From the IMG/VR virus record IMGVR_UViG_3300025816_000006, positions 98,691-162,690 of that record: a DNA stretch of 64,000 nucleotides; one strand, written 5' to 3'. A program made the translations under genes and the position numbers. Numbering within the stretch: the first letter of the stretch is position 1; every line of letters begins with the position of its first letter. The DNA comes from a virus. A model generated the notes under the pieces. That model searched no databases and was not told where the DNA came from. It was given only the letters and a program-made list of their open reading frames with translations. Shown here one piece after another: positions 10,299-19,822 of the stretch.

Positions 10299-10972
10299 AG
10301 GTAAGTATTCCCATCCGCAAATGCTTTTTCAAGTTTCAGGTTTCTATATACAGCGCGATGGGTCTTCATAAACTTAATCATTAGATTTGCCGTATCCTTT
10401 ACGTCCTGTAAGGCATCGTGAGCATTCTCTGTTGACATACCCATCCTGTCTCTAATCGCGTCCATGCTCCTAGATTTTACACTAGGATCTCCCTCTGTCC
10501 ACATATAATAGTTGTCCATCATGTCGATTTTATGAATTTGATGAAACAGCTTCTGTCTCTGTCTTTGGTCGTCCCAAGGTCCGTATTCTTTACAGAGTCT
10601 GTCTACGATAATCATATCGTATCCTAAAATGTTATATCCAGCAGCAATGGGTGCGAAGAACGAAGTTCCCTTCCAGTTATACTTGTCTACAAAAGCGCAA
10701 AACTTTTTCCATACAGCTTTTGGTTTAGGTGCTTTTGCTATTTCTTCTCTGGTTTGTCCTGTAACTTTTAGTGCGCCATCCTCAATAGGTCCAAGACCTT
10801 TCTTTGTGGCCTTTTCGTCGTCCGTTTCTGCCCAAATCTTGCTATTAAACTCACCTTTGAGTCTAAAGTTTCTTCCATCCAAAGCTATCGCCGCCAACTG
10901 AGTTGGCTGACATGTAACTGGATTTCTACCGCCTGTCTCAAAGTCAAAAACAATTATATCACGGTTCGACAT
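10295..10972 (-). CDS. dnaQ: DEDDh 3'-5' exonuclease (DnaQ/epsilon-like)
   Basis: VFDFETGG, GYNILGYD, AHDALQD (Exo I-III). Confidence 0.85.
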   Translation of the reverse strand: MSNRDIIVFDFETGGRNPVTCQPTQLAAIALDGRNFRLKGEFNSKIWAETDDEKATKKGLGPIEDGALKVTGQTREEIAKAPKPKAVWKKFCAFVDKYNWKGTSFFAPIAAGYNILGYDMIIVDRLCKEYGPWDDQRQRQKLFHQIHKIDMMDNYYMWTEGDPSVKSRSMDAIRDRMGMSTENAHDALQDVKDTANLMIKFMKTHRAVYRNLKLEKAFADGNTYL

Positions 10973-12629
10973 TATTTTCCTTCATTTTTACGGAATCTGG
11001 ATTGGCTACTATGTAGTCAATATACATAAGTTTGTCCAGCAGGTTAATTGCTAGAACGTCAAACTTAACGTGACCAAGTGCCTCTAAGTCTGCCATTTCT
11101 AGTCCTGCTATCTTTTCATCACTACTTTTTGAGTTTACCATAGGGCAAACTTCTGATAGTTTGTTTGCTGATATAACAACACCCGCAGCATGTTTGCCTT
11201 GAGTTTTCAGCGTACCCTCTATCTTGATCGCTTGTTCAAAATATTCTGCATAGTCACCTTCTAAGTAACCCTTCTCATTTATGTGACAATAATCATACAA
11301 GTCTTGTTCGTTGTTTTGCAACGCCCACCTAATAATAGATCTGTCTTCCTCGTCCATCTGTGATAGTTGATCAGAGATAGCCGCTTCGTCTGGAATATAT
11401 TTTGTAATCTCGTTCATCACGCTAAACCCACACGCTTCGTTTACACGTAGGATTTCTTTGATTGCGCTACGCCCCTGTAGTCTACCGAACGTCACCATCT
11501 GACTAACATTGCCGTGTCCGTATTTATCTTTGATATACGATATGATCTTATCTCTTTTCTTGCCGGGGATATCTATGTCGATATCTGGAAGTGACACATT
11601 GTCTTTGGTGTTTCTGCCACTATTATAGAAGCGCTCAAACAATAAGTCAAACTCAATCGGATCAATTTGTGTGATTCCAATCAGGTAAGATATTAAACAT
11701 CCAGCAGCAGAGCCACGACCCGGACCTACCATCCAACCTTGATCTACCGCATACTTGATAATATCACGAACAATAAGAAAGTAACCAAACAAATCTGCTT
11801 CTTCAATAACTTCAAATTCTTTCCTGAATCTGTCTCCATACTTTTGACGACCTTCTTCTTCTGTGATTTTTTCTGCGAGTAGATTTTTCCATCCTCTTCT
11901 AGCCAGTGTCCTTAGATAATCTTTTTCTGACTCTCCGTTAGGGGTATCAAACTTAGGAAGAATAGGTTTGCTTAGAATGTTATAATCTTCACACTGATCG
12001 TATATATCGTCAAGATTCTGTGTTCCTACTGGGTCTTCAAGCATAGCTTCTGTTGCTCCAGTTTTATCTGGAACAAAAAAATGAGAGTAGTCAAAAAACT
12101 TTTTGTTAGGAAAATCTTCTTTGTTTTTGAACTTCCTTCTCAATTTGGGAAGAGTAGTCTTCATTTCAGAGCAAAGCAAAATCCTGTGTAGATTAGCGTC
12201 TTCCGATTCTGTGTAATGCGAGTCTTGGAAGCATCTACTTTTCTCGTACCAGCTTTTTTTGATTGGCGAATCCGCAGCAGATTCTGCCAGAACAATTAAG
12301 TTTCCTTTGTTGCAAATTTTAGATAAGTCGCTTGCATTGTAGTCTCCATTTTCATCTAACAAAGACACAATCTTTATAAGGTCAAACCATCCTCTTTCGT
12401 TCTTCGCAAACAACGTGAAGCTGTCGAACGAACAGCCTATAATTGGCTTGATGTTGTTCGCTACGCAAGCTTGATAGAAAGCCACAGCGCCAGATATAGT
12501 CTTGTAGTCAGCGATACCGCAGGCGCGGAAGTCGTTATCTTTGCATTTTGCTGCAAGTTCTTTGGGTTTAGAAAACCCTTTCAGCAGTGAGTAGTGCGTG
12601 TAATTACAGAGTGGGAACCAAGTCATCAA
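10959..12629 (-). CDS. dnaE: DNA polymerase III alpha, N-terminal part (degenerate PHP plus palm/thumb)
   Basis: GPGRGSAAG, LLFERF, PDIDID, GKHAAGVVI, VKFDVL. Confidence 0.93.
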   Translation of the reverse strand: MMTWFPLCNYTHYSLLKGFSKPKELAAKCKDNDFRACGIADYKTISGAVAFYQACVANNIKPIIGCSFDSFTLFAKNERGWFDLIKIVSLLDENGDYNASDLSKICNKGNLIVLAESAADSPIKKSWYEKSRCFQDSHYTESEDANLHRILLCSEMKTTLPKLRRKFKNKEDFPNKKFFDYSHFFVPDKTGATEAMLEDPVGTQNLDDIYDQCEDYNILSKPILPKFDTPNGESEKDYLRTLARRGWKNLLAEKITEEEGRQKYGDRFRKEFEVIEEADLFGYFLIVRDIIKYAVDQGWMVGPGRGSAAGCLISYLIGITQIDPIEFDLLFERFYNSGRNTKDNVSLPDIDIDIPGKKRDKIISYIKDKYGHGNVSQMVTFGRLQGRSAIKEILRVNEACGFSVMNEITKYIPDEAAISDQLSQMDEEDRSIIRWALQNNEQDLYDYCHINEKGYLEGDYAEYFEQAIKIEGTLKTQGKHAAGVVISANKLSEVCPMVNSKSSDEKIAGLEMADLEALGHVKFDVLAINLLDKLMYIDYIVANPDSVKMKENNVEP

Positions 12630-12655
12630 TATCTCCTTTCAACATGGGTCTACTT

Positions 12656-12684
12656 ATAATAGACCGTAAATCAACTTTTGTCAA
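12656..12684 (-). promoter_or_regulatory. sigma70-type promoter TTGACA-N17-TATTAT
   Basis: Upstream of dnaE-N. Confidence 0.65.
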
Positions 12685-13802
12685 CCATCTTCTTTTCTTT
12701 GAGTAAAATACTCAACTAAATCTTTTTCTATGCCTTTTTTGTTACCCGTTAATTCTAGTATCCCGTCTTTATTTACAAACATATCACATCTAGGATCAAA
12801 ATTATGTTTTTCTAATATTTTATGCCTAGTCATATACTGTCTGTTTTTTATATCCCCATGCCAAAGATGATAACAAATTCCTTGCTGATAATCTATTTTA
12901 AGATTATTTTTTCCAATTCTTTTTACATATGATATCAAAAAATCTTGCACTTCTTTTGGATATGCTTCTAGGGTTGATTTTGAGGCTGGAGATATCCTAG
13001 TTGACCCATAAAGAGCATAAGCTAGCCATTCGTCACCGCTTCCTGTTATTATTGTGGGAGTCGGGAATATGTCTTTAAGCTTATCTACCCTTGCTATCCA
13101 AGCGCCACCCGGAGATCCATAAGGATTTCTAGACTTCTTATGAAATATGTTATCGTGCATAGTCTTAGCTCTGCCCACAGAATCAAAAAGAAATTCTCCT
13201 GACTTGTCTAGATAAGACACTTTTTCAAATAACTGCACAGCGTCATGGCCTGATTTTAATTTATCTATAGATTCTTTTAGCCAATTCCTTTCTTTGAAAA
13301 CCAGATCGTGATCTATCCAACAGAAGTATTTTTTGTGTTTTTCAAGATTGCGAAATGCTAGATTTAGTAAAGGCTCTTTCTGCCAGAGGCAGTGCTTGTC
13401 CGAATAGCCTTTAATTACTATTGAGTTTTCTATTTCTGGTTCAGCGTCGTCAAAAACAATTTCATAACACTTTACATATTGACCTAGAACAGAAAGAGAC
13501 TCTATCCACTCTTGGTAGGTTTCTTTTAATCTTTTTGATTTAGACAAATTAAAGTGAAATGTTACTATTTCAACTTCATCAATGTCTTTTGGCGTGTTGT
13601 AAAATCTTGCTATCTCATATTTTCTTTTTATATAATCAATATAACTTTCATCTGTATGGACCGCTTTGTTATTCTCTAAAAAATACTTTAATCTTTTTTC
13701 TTGCGTGGTATTTTTACACCAAGAGTAATTTACTTGGTCCATCTCCTTGCCAAACGTAGCGCAAAACCCTGCGCATTGGCATTCACATTTAGATAGCTTC
13801 AC
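12681..13802 (-). CDS. putative GT-A glycosyltransferase with Cys-rich N-terminus
   Basis: WQKEPLLNL, WIDHDL (DxD), PGGAW, GSGD, HLWHG. Confidence 0.5.
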   Translation of the reverse strand: MKLSKCECQCAGFCATFGKEMDQVNYSWCKNTTQEKRLKYFLENNKAVHTDESYIDYIKRKYEIARFYNTPKDIDEVEIVTFHFNLSKSKRLKETYQEWIESLSVLGQYVKCYEIVFDDAEPEIENSIVIKGYSDKHCLWQKEPLLNLAFRNLEKHKKYFCWIDHDLVFKERNWLKESIDKLKSGHDAVQLFEKVSYLDKSGEFLFDSVGRAKTMHDNIFHKKSRNPYGSPGGAWIARVDKLKDIFPTPTIITGSGDEWLAYALYGSTRISPASKSTLEAYPKEVQDFLISYVKRIGKNNLKIDYQQGICYHLWHGDIKNRQYMTRHKILEKHNFDPRCDMFVNKDGILELTGNKKGIEKDLVEYFTQRKEDG

Positions 13803-13803
13803 T

Positions 13804-14067
13804 TCATCTTCCTAAAAAACAGCCTGTTAAAATCCCTACAACAAGGGAGACGAGAGTAGACACAACAAATACTTCCGTACAATCTAAAAATTTTAATTTA
13901 TACTTTGGCACTTTATGTGAATATCTTGATCCCCTTAGTCTACTTTTTAATATTTCTGAATTAGAAAAAACTAAATTGTGTAACTCCCCGTCACCATCCT
14001 CGACAACGACAAGGTTATAGTTGTCGCTAATTCCGTACAACTTTGTTGGAGATACGTTTGTAATCAC
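13804..14067 (-). CDS. small membrane protein
   Basis: C-terminal hydrophobic helix; in operon. Confidence 0.5.
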   Translation of the reverse strand: MITNVSPTKLYGISDNYNLVVVEDGDGELHNLVFSNSEILKSRLRGSRYSHKVPKYKLKFLDCTEVFVVSTLVSLVVGILTGCFLGR

Positions 14068-14071
14068 GGCA

Positions 14072-14743
14072 TCACCAAGCTCTACAAGACCAGTATCTTG
14101 CTTTCCAGCGAGGACCGGGATTACTACAGTTATGTCTTGCTCTGAAGTTTTTCCGGCGACCCGGAATATTCTTTTTAATTTTCATGTTTGGATCGCCAAA
14201 CCTAACAATGACCACTTTTCCACTACCATTCTTTACGTAGACAGCGCTTTTCTTTGGACCTCCGGGAGTCTTGAAGGGTTTGCCAAGCTTTACTTTTCGA
14301 CCCTGATACTCTGCTGACTCTGTGTAATCAAGCTCTGCTTTAGCAGGAATAAGTGTTCTTCCTTCTTTTTTATAGATACCTTTTTGTTCATACTCATAAA
14401 CCTGACCCGTTTTAGGATCTTTGTATTTATATTTAGACTGTGATTTCTTTAGTTGCTCTTGGGTGGGTCTACCCTCTTTTACAGTCTTGGCGGGTTTATA
14501 ATTTTTACCTTCTCGCTCTTTTTTTCTGCGAATATTTTCCCAGAGACCGGGACGATCTGCCGCCCAGTTCCACTCTTCTGATTCTTCTCCTAAATCTTCA
14601 TATTCTGCTTCTGACGGAATATAAAAATTTTCTTCTGTTACTTCTTCCGTCCATCCATGTTCATCCATATCAAAACCTAAGTTTTTATTGTAATGAAAGG
14701 ATTGATCCATGTCAAAAACGTAATTTTTTCTTTGATTAGACAT
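14072..14743 (-). CDS. basic conserved viral hypothetical protein
   Basis: C-terminal RFGDPNMKIKK...RKNFRARHNC...ARYWSC motif recalled from marine viruses. Confidence 0.6.
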   Translation of the reverse strand: MSNQRKNYVFDMDQSFHYNKNLGFDMDEHGWTEEVTEENFYIPSEAEYEDLGEESEEWNWAADRPGLWENIRRKKEREGKNYKPAKTVKEGRPTQEQLKKSQSKYKYKDPKTGQVYEYEQKGIYKKEGRTLIPAKAELDYTESAEYQGRKVKLGKPFKTPGGPKKSAVYVKNGSGKVVIVRFGDPNMKIKKNIPGRRKNFRARHNCSNPGPRWKARYWSCRAW

Positions 14744-15417
14744 TATCTGCTCCTATAATGTTGTAAATTTGGAAATAATTTATATCTAACATCTTGCCAA
14801 ATAGCACCGCTGATTACCATAGACGCTTCGTTGTCTGATGGATAATGGACACCTTGTAGGCAGCGAGCAAATCCGGCAAGATTTATCATTTTAAAAAACT
14901 CAGACGATTTATGTGGATACATGTCTGAAAAAAGGTAAGCACCCAAGGCCGCATAAACGGTATGACCCGATGGATAAGCCGGGGTGTGGTGTGTTTTTGA
15001 TTCTGTTACATTTATTTTGTAATTTAAAAGATCTCCTAACTGCTTGGGTCGCGGCCTATTAAACTTATGTTTCAAGTTCATTACAATAGGCTCTGATATC
15101 TTCCATATTTTTTCAAAATCTTTCTTTGGGATAGGCTTTCCCATTTTACTAAAGATTGGTTTATACAAATCTAAAGGTTCTTTGTCAACAAGATCTATTA
15201 GATTTTTTTCTTCATAGCCTAACTTACTTGTTAGTTTTTCTAAGTACTGAAGTTCTTTCTTTGTTTCTTCAGATGTGTTTTTAGGAGGCTCTGGTAAAAC
15301 GCCTTCCCAGTCTATGGTTATAATTTTTGGTACTTTCCAAGTTCTCGTTTTGTTTGTATAAACAACCGAGTCTAGCCTTGAAGAAAGTGACTTGTTAAAT
15401 TCTGATATAATATCCAC
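14743..15417 (-). CDS. PAP2/haloperoxidase-superfamily phosphatase
   Basis: KxxFNRPRP, PAYPSGH, RxxxGVHYPSD. Confidence 0.85.
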   Translation of the reverse strand: MDIISEFNKSLSSRLDSVVYTNKTRTWKVPKIITIDWEGVLPEPPKNTSEETKKELQYLEKLTSKLGYEEKNLIDLVDKEPLDLYKPIFSKMGKPIPKKDFEKIWKISEPIVMNLKHKFNRPRPKQLGDLLNYKINVTESKTHHTPAYPSGHTVYAALGAYLFSDMYPHKSSEFFKMINLAGFARCLQGVHYPSDNEASMVISGAIWQDVRYKLFPNLQHYRSR

Positions 15418-16649
15418 TACACCAAACCTTCTATTATTTTGCCGTTGTTCGCAATTCTCATTGGGCGACCATTCTTTGCTGTATAACTTTTTTCTGTACT
15501 AATTCCAAGAGACTTGCAAATTGTCATCATTAAATCTTCTGACGAGTATACTAGATCGCTAGTTATTTCTTTTCCATCGTCGCTTGTTGAGCCAATCGCT
15601 TGACCACCTTTAATTAATCCACCAGAAACAAATGCAGACCAGCATCTTGCCCAATGGTCACGACCAGCGTTTTGATTAATTTTTGGAGTTCTACCAAATT
15701 CTCCCATCATAACGATAGCAGTATTGTTCCACATGTCAAGACGTTTTAAATCCAGCATAAGAGTAGAAACTACCTTGTCTAATTCTGGAAGTTTAGTTGA
15801 TAACGTTTCGTGCGTGTTTTGGTGTAAGTCCCAACCGCCAAAGCCAAGCTCTACAAATGGCACACCTGTTTGAAGCAACCTTCTCGCCATCAAAGCGCCC
15901 TTACCAAATCCTGTCTCGCCGTAAGCGTCAATTACATTCTTAGGTTCGTCTGTTGGTTTTAAGGCTTTCATTTGTGGGCTTGTATTAAGTCTAAATGTTT
16001 GTTGCAACATTTTCATATGACTCTTTGCCATGTCACTGTTGCTTCTTTTTACAAAACCTGTTTCTATCGCAGCAAGAGCTTGCATCCTTTCGTTATCTAC
16101 AGAATCGCCAAGGTTTCTAACTTGACCGTTTGAACTTACAACAAAAGGATTCCAAGCAGAACCCAGAAACCCGCCACCAATACTTCCTGTACTAATTGAA
16201 AAGAATGGCGGTATTTCTAGGTAGTCTCTATCTTGAGATAGTTCGTAAGATATTACAGATCCCATTGATGGGTGACTCATATTTGGATTTGGCTTGAAGC
16301 CTGTGTGCATATAGTAGCGACCTCGCATGTGGTCTGCTTCTCTTGTTGCCATATTTCTAACAATAGAAAAATCTTTTCCTTGCTTTGCAAGCTCTGGCAT
16401 AAGCTCGTTGATTTGGAAGTCGCCAGTTGTAGTGATAGGTCTTGTTGGACCGCCAGTAGGAGCGCCAAACTTTACATCCCACATATCAATAGTCGGAGGA
16501 CCGCCATTAAGCCAAATAAGGATTGCGCCCTTCTCGTTCTTTCCTAAATCCTCACGACTATCAATGATCTTTTGACCAAACGCAGTTGACGCTGCGGATA
16601 CAGACGCTAATCCACCCGCATGTTGTAAAAAATGTCTTCTGTTAATCAT
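15417..16649 (-). CDS. DUF1501 family protein with Tat signal
   Basis: NRRHFL; WLNGGPPTIDMWD; ARRLLQTGVPFVE; GWDLH; GEFGRTPKIN; GRDHW. Confidence 0.9.
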   Translation of the reverse strand: MINRRHFLQHAGGLASVSAASTAFGQKIIDSREDLGKNEKGAILIWLNGGPPTIDMWDVKFGAPTGGPTRPITTTGDFQINELMPELAKQGKDFSIVRNMATREADHMRGRYYMHTGFKPNPNMSHPSMGSVISYELSQDRDYLEIPPFFSISTGSIGGGFLGSAWNPFVVSSNGQVRNLGDSVDNERMQALAAIETGFVKRSNSDMAKSHMKMLQQTFRLNTSPQMKALKPTDEPKNVIDAYGETGFGKGALMARRLLQTGVPFVELGFGGWDLHQNTHETLSTKLPELDKVVSTLMLDLKRLDMWNNTAIVMMGEFGRTPKINQNAGRDHWARCWSAFVSGGLIKGGQAIGSTSDDGKEITSDLVYSSEDLMMTICKSLGISTEKSYTAKNGRPMRIANNGKIIEGLV

Positions 16650-17920
16650 ACTATAATATCCTTAATTACTTCACCAAAATCTACAATTTCAATAGGTCTA
16701 TCTCCGGGAGCCATTAGTTCTTTATCGGCATTTATTCCCATTTGATGATAGATAGTTGTCGCCCAGTGTGGAATAGGAACTGGATTATCTTCTGGCTCTG
16801 TACCAGTAGCATCAGTTCTGCCGTAAGTCATGCCGCCTTTAATTCCACCTCCAGCAAGGATAGAACTAAACACCTTGGGATAGTGGTCGCGTCCAGCATC
16901 TTTATTTATTTTAGGAGTTCTTCCAAACTCCGACACTACACAAACCAAGGTAGATTCCAAAAGCCCTCTTTCGGTCAAGTCTTGAATTAGCGCAGCAAAC
17001 GCTTGATCAAATGGTGGAACTTGAGAATCTATACCGCCAAAGATATTTTGGTGCATATCCCAACTACCATAAGTCATCGACACAAACCTAGCACCCGCTT
17101 CAACTAATCTTCTGGACATAAGCATCCTTGCGCCAGCAGTATTGCGTCCGTACCTATCGCGTACTTCTGGTTTTTCTTTTTCTATGTCAAAAGCGTCTTG
17201 AGCTTTTTGATCTCCAACAAGATCGTAAGCTTTTTCATAAAAAGTATTCATAGCTTTTACAGCATCAGAATTAACTTTCTGATTCATGTTTTTGTTTACA
17301 ATCTCTAGCAATCTTTTACGCTTGATGAATTGTTCGTCAGTCACATTAAAAGATAAGTCTCTAACTTTGAATTTATCAGAAGCGGGATCAGAACCCAAAG
17401 AAAACGGAGCGTAGGCATTGCTTAAATATCCGGTTCCTGCAAACTCGTTGGGTTTTTCCGGCACACAAATGTAAGCAGGAAGATTATCCCTAGAACCGAA
17501 CTCATGAGACACAACAGAACCCATAGAAGGATACTGGAGTGCAGGACTAGGCTTGTAACCTGTGAAAATACTGTTTGTTCCTCGTTCGTGTGCAGCCTCT
17601 CCATGCGTCATGCTCCTGATAATTGTCAATTTATCCATGATCTGCGCGGTTTTTGTAAATCTTTCATTGATCTGAATTCCATCAACATTGGTGTTGATCG
17701 CTTTCATAGAACCACGATACTCTAGAGGGGCTACAGTTTTAGGGTCAAGCGTCTCTTGAGCGGCCATTCCGCCCGGAAGATATATGAAAATCATACTTTT
17801 TGCTTGACCTTCAACGCTTTCGTAGTGCTTTTGCTCGCCAATCGCATACTGGGTTCCAGCAGCAGCAAACAGGCTTGTTTGAAGAAAAGCTCTACGTCCG
17901 ATGTGAATATGGTTAAACAT
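16646..17920 (-). CDS. DUF1501 family protein with Tat signal
   Basis: GRRAFL; YLPGGMAAQETLDPK; SRRLVEAGARFV; WDMH; SEFGRTPKIN; GRDHY. Confidence 0.9.
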   Translation of the reverse strand: MFNHIHIGRRAFLQTSLFAAAGTQYAIGEQKHYESVEGQAKSMIFIYLPGGMAAQETLDPKTVAPLEYRGSMKAINTNVDGIQINERFTKTAQIMDKLTIIRSMTHGEAAHERGTNSIFTGYKPSPALQYPSMGSVVSHEFGSRDNLPAYICVPEKPNEFAGTGYLSNAYAPFSLGSDPASDKFKVRDLSFNVTDEQFIKRKRLLEIVNKNMNQKVNSDAVKAMNTFYEKAYDLVGDQKAQDAFDIEKEKPEVRDRYGRNTAGARMLMSRRLVEAGARFVSMTYGSWDMHQNIFGGIDSQVPPFDQAFAALIQDLTERGLLESTLVCVVSEFGRTPKINKDAGRDHYPKVFSSILAGGGIKGGMTYGRTDATGTEPEDNPVPIPHWATTIYHQMGINADKELMAPGDRPIEIVDFGEVIKDIIV

Positions 17921-18788
17921 TTATCTTCTCCAGCAATATATTCTGAAAATTATCCCTGATTTCTATTCTCTTGGCGTACCACCACTGGTGCAGCCTCATA
18001 GCAAAGTTGTAAACACCTTCTTTTATCACCTTATTATACACTTCTGGAAGCTCATTCCACGATTTAACAAACGGAATTGGAGAATCAAATCCATAAATTC
18101 TACAGTGCCAGTCGCGATTCCAGTACTCTTTCAAGACCGGTATGCCTCCTGAGTTTAAAATCTCTGCAAATCTATTACATTCTGGGTGGACATTGCCCAT
18201 AGGACAGGGGCAAATTACTGAATTTGCATACACATCCATAGATTGTTCTGGTGTTATCATGTCTTGAGAAAGCCAACCCTTGTTAAAATAATGAAAATGA
18301 TCTTCCATTTTCTTCATTACTTCTAGAACTTCTGCTCTGTCAGACTTCAATTCGCCTATCATGGCAGTTTTAAACTTTTTTGTCTCTTTTGTAGGCTCTC
18401 TCATTTCTCCATGACCTTTTCCCCAAAATAATGGCATAAATGTTACATTAGGTAAATCGAAGCTCGGCATCCAATTAGGTCTAAAGACATGGATGGCATC
18501 TTTATATAAATTTGCTTTTTGTTGAATAAATTGAGGATATTGTTGATATGGGAACTCGTTAGACTTATGATATATGAGATATCCATTAGGTAATTTTTCT
18601 GCAAAATTAGCAACTTCATCAGGGATACCAAATCCCATGTGAGAATATTCCAAAACTGGCCTATCTATTTTAGAGGGGTCGTCGTCATAGCTATATTCAT
18701 TTAATTTTACGCCGTGATATAGGTGGTCAAACATATCTCTTTCAAAACCACTTTCACCCTCATGTCCTACTATATTTATTTCTCTCAT
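17913..18788 (-). CDS. exostosin-like (GT47) protein
   Basis: SVICPCPMGNVHPECNRFAEILNSGGIPV. Confidence 0.6.
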   Translation of the reverse strand: MREINIVGHEGESGFERDMFDHLYHGVKLNEYSYDDDPSKIDRPVLEYSHMGFGIPDEVANFAEKLPNGYLIYHKSNEFPYQQYPQFIQQKANLYKDAIHVFRPNWMPSFDLPNVTFMPLFWGKGHGEMREPTKETKKFKTAMIGELKSDRAEVLEVMKKMEDHFHYFNKGWLSQDMITPEQSMDVYANSVICPCPMGNVHPECNRFAEILNSGGIPVLKEYWNRDWHCRIYGFDSPIPFVKSWNELPEVYNKVIKEGVYNFAMRLHQWWYAKRIEIRDNFQNILLEKINV

Positions 18789-19822
18789 CCCGGTGCCTCG
18801 TAATATCCTATGGAAAAACCTTTTTTAGTGCAATCTTTTACTGTCTTTTTCATTCCGTCTGCTTTTAGCTTGTTGCCAACATGGATGCAGATAGGAGTGT
18901 CTGTACCTTCCCAGTTGTTTTTGTAAAAATGACACAGCTTCGTACATTTCCAGTGACTCCTGTCCTCCTTTAACGGTTTAGGAGATACATTGTCTCTTAT
19001 TCCCTCAAACTGTTTTCTAAGCATTTTTAAGAATCTTTTCTCATCTTCCGGCCCAAGACATATACTAAAAGGCATTGGGTCAACTTTACCATCTTTGTCT
19101 TTGTAAAAGAAAATGCTCATAATCCTATTAGGAAAATCTTTGTATAGTTTAGATATGGCATAGAAATACAGTAACAGTTGAGGGTCTTGTTCTAGCTTTT
19201 TATAGTCTTTTACCTCTCCTGTTATCCAGTCCATCCTACGACCGCTTTTCCAGTCAATGACTTCAATTGTATCATCTCCTATCAAAGTTGTCAAGTCGAT
19301 AGTTCCCTTGATTGCTAGTTGACCAGAGACTTTTTTTCCTTCTATTTCGTATTCAAACTTAGCCCAATCTTCTTCAATAGGAATGTCAAACTGCGCTTCT
19401 GGGTGGTAAATGTTTCTCTGTCTTGGGTCAAAAAGACTGTCTGAGTGATTAAGAAAAGTGAATACAGTATCTCTAACAACCTTCCTGTCTCCCCTTGTGA
19501 AGTTATGAATTGATCCCTCTGCATAATCTGTGACTGCTAATTCACACATTCTTTCCACGAACTCGTCCGTGTAAAGTTCGTCTTTTGTGATTCTAATCTT
19601 ACCGCATTTATCGTCCTCGATAACTAAATATTTTCTTTTAGGGTTATCCTGCTGAAACTTTTTTAGTCCAGCAAGAATTTCCATCACCTTATGGGCCATA
19701 GTTCCTAAGTCTGCTTTTTTATTACTATCAGACCTATGCCCCAAAACATAGGTTAGAAAGTACTGCATTTGACAGAAGTCGTAATTATTATAACTTGAAG
19801 ATCTTATATATGTTACTATCAT
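18785..19822 (-). CDS. PD-(D/E)XK exonuclease, Cas4/RecB-like
   Basis: GTMAHKVME, GTIDL, IDWKSG, QLLLY; N-terminal Cys plus C-terminal CTKLC...C. Confidence 0.8.
   Translation of the reverse strand: MIVTYIRSSSYNNYDFCQMQYFLTYVLGHRSDSNKKADLGTMAHKVMEILAGLKKFQQDNPKRKYLVIEDDKCGKIRITKDELYTDEFVERMCELAVTDYAEGSIHNFTRGDRKVVRDTVFTFLNHSDSLFDPRQRNIYHPEAQFDIPIEEDWAKFEYEIEGKKVSGQLAIKGTIDLTTLIGDDTIEVIDWKSGRRMDWITGEVKDYKKLEQDPQLLLYFYAISKLYKDFPNRIMSIFFYKDKDGKVDPMPFSICLGPEDEKRFLKMLRKQFEGIRDNVSPKPLKEDRSHWKCTKLCHFYKNNWEGTDTPICIHVGNKLKADGMKKTVKDCTKKGFSIGYYEAPG

Noticed and set aside
8270-12629. Split intein or intron in dnaE
   Set aside because: No intein N- or C-terminal motifs at the break and no non-coding space for intron structure; intervening ORFs overlap directly
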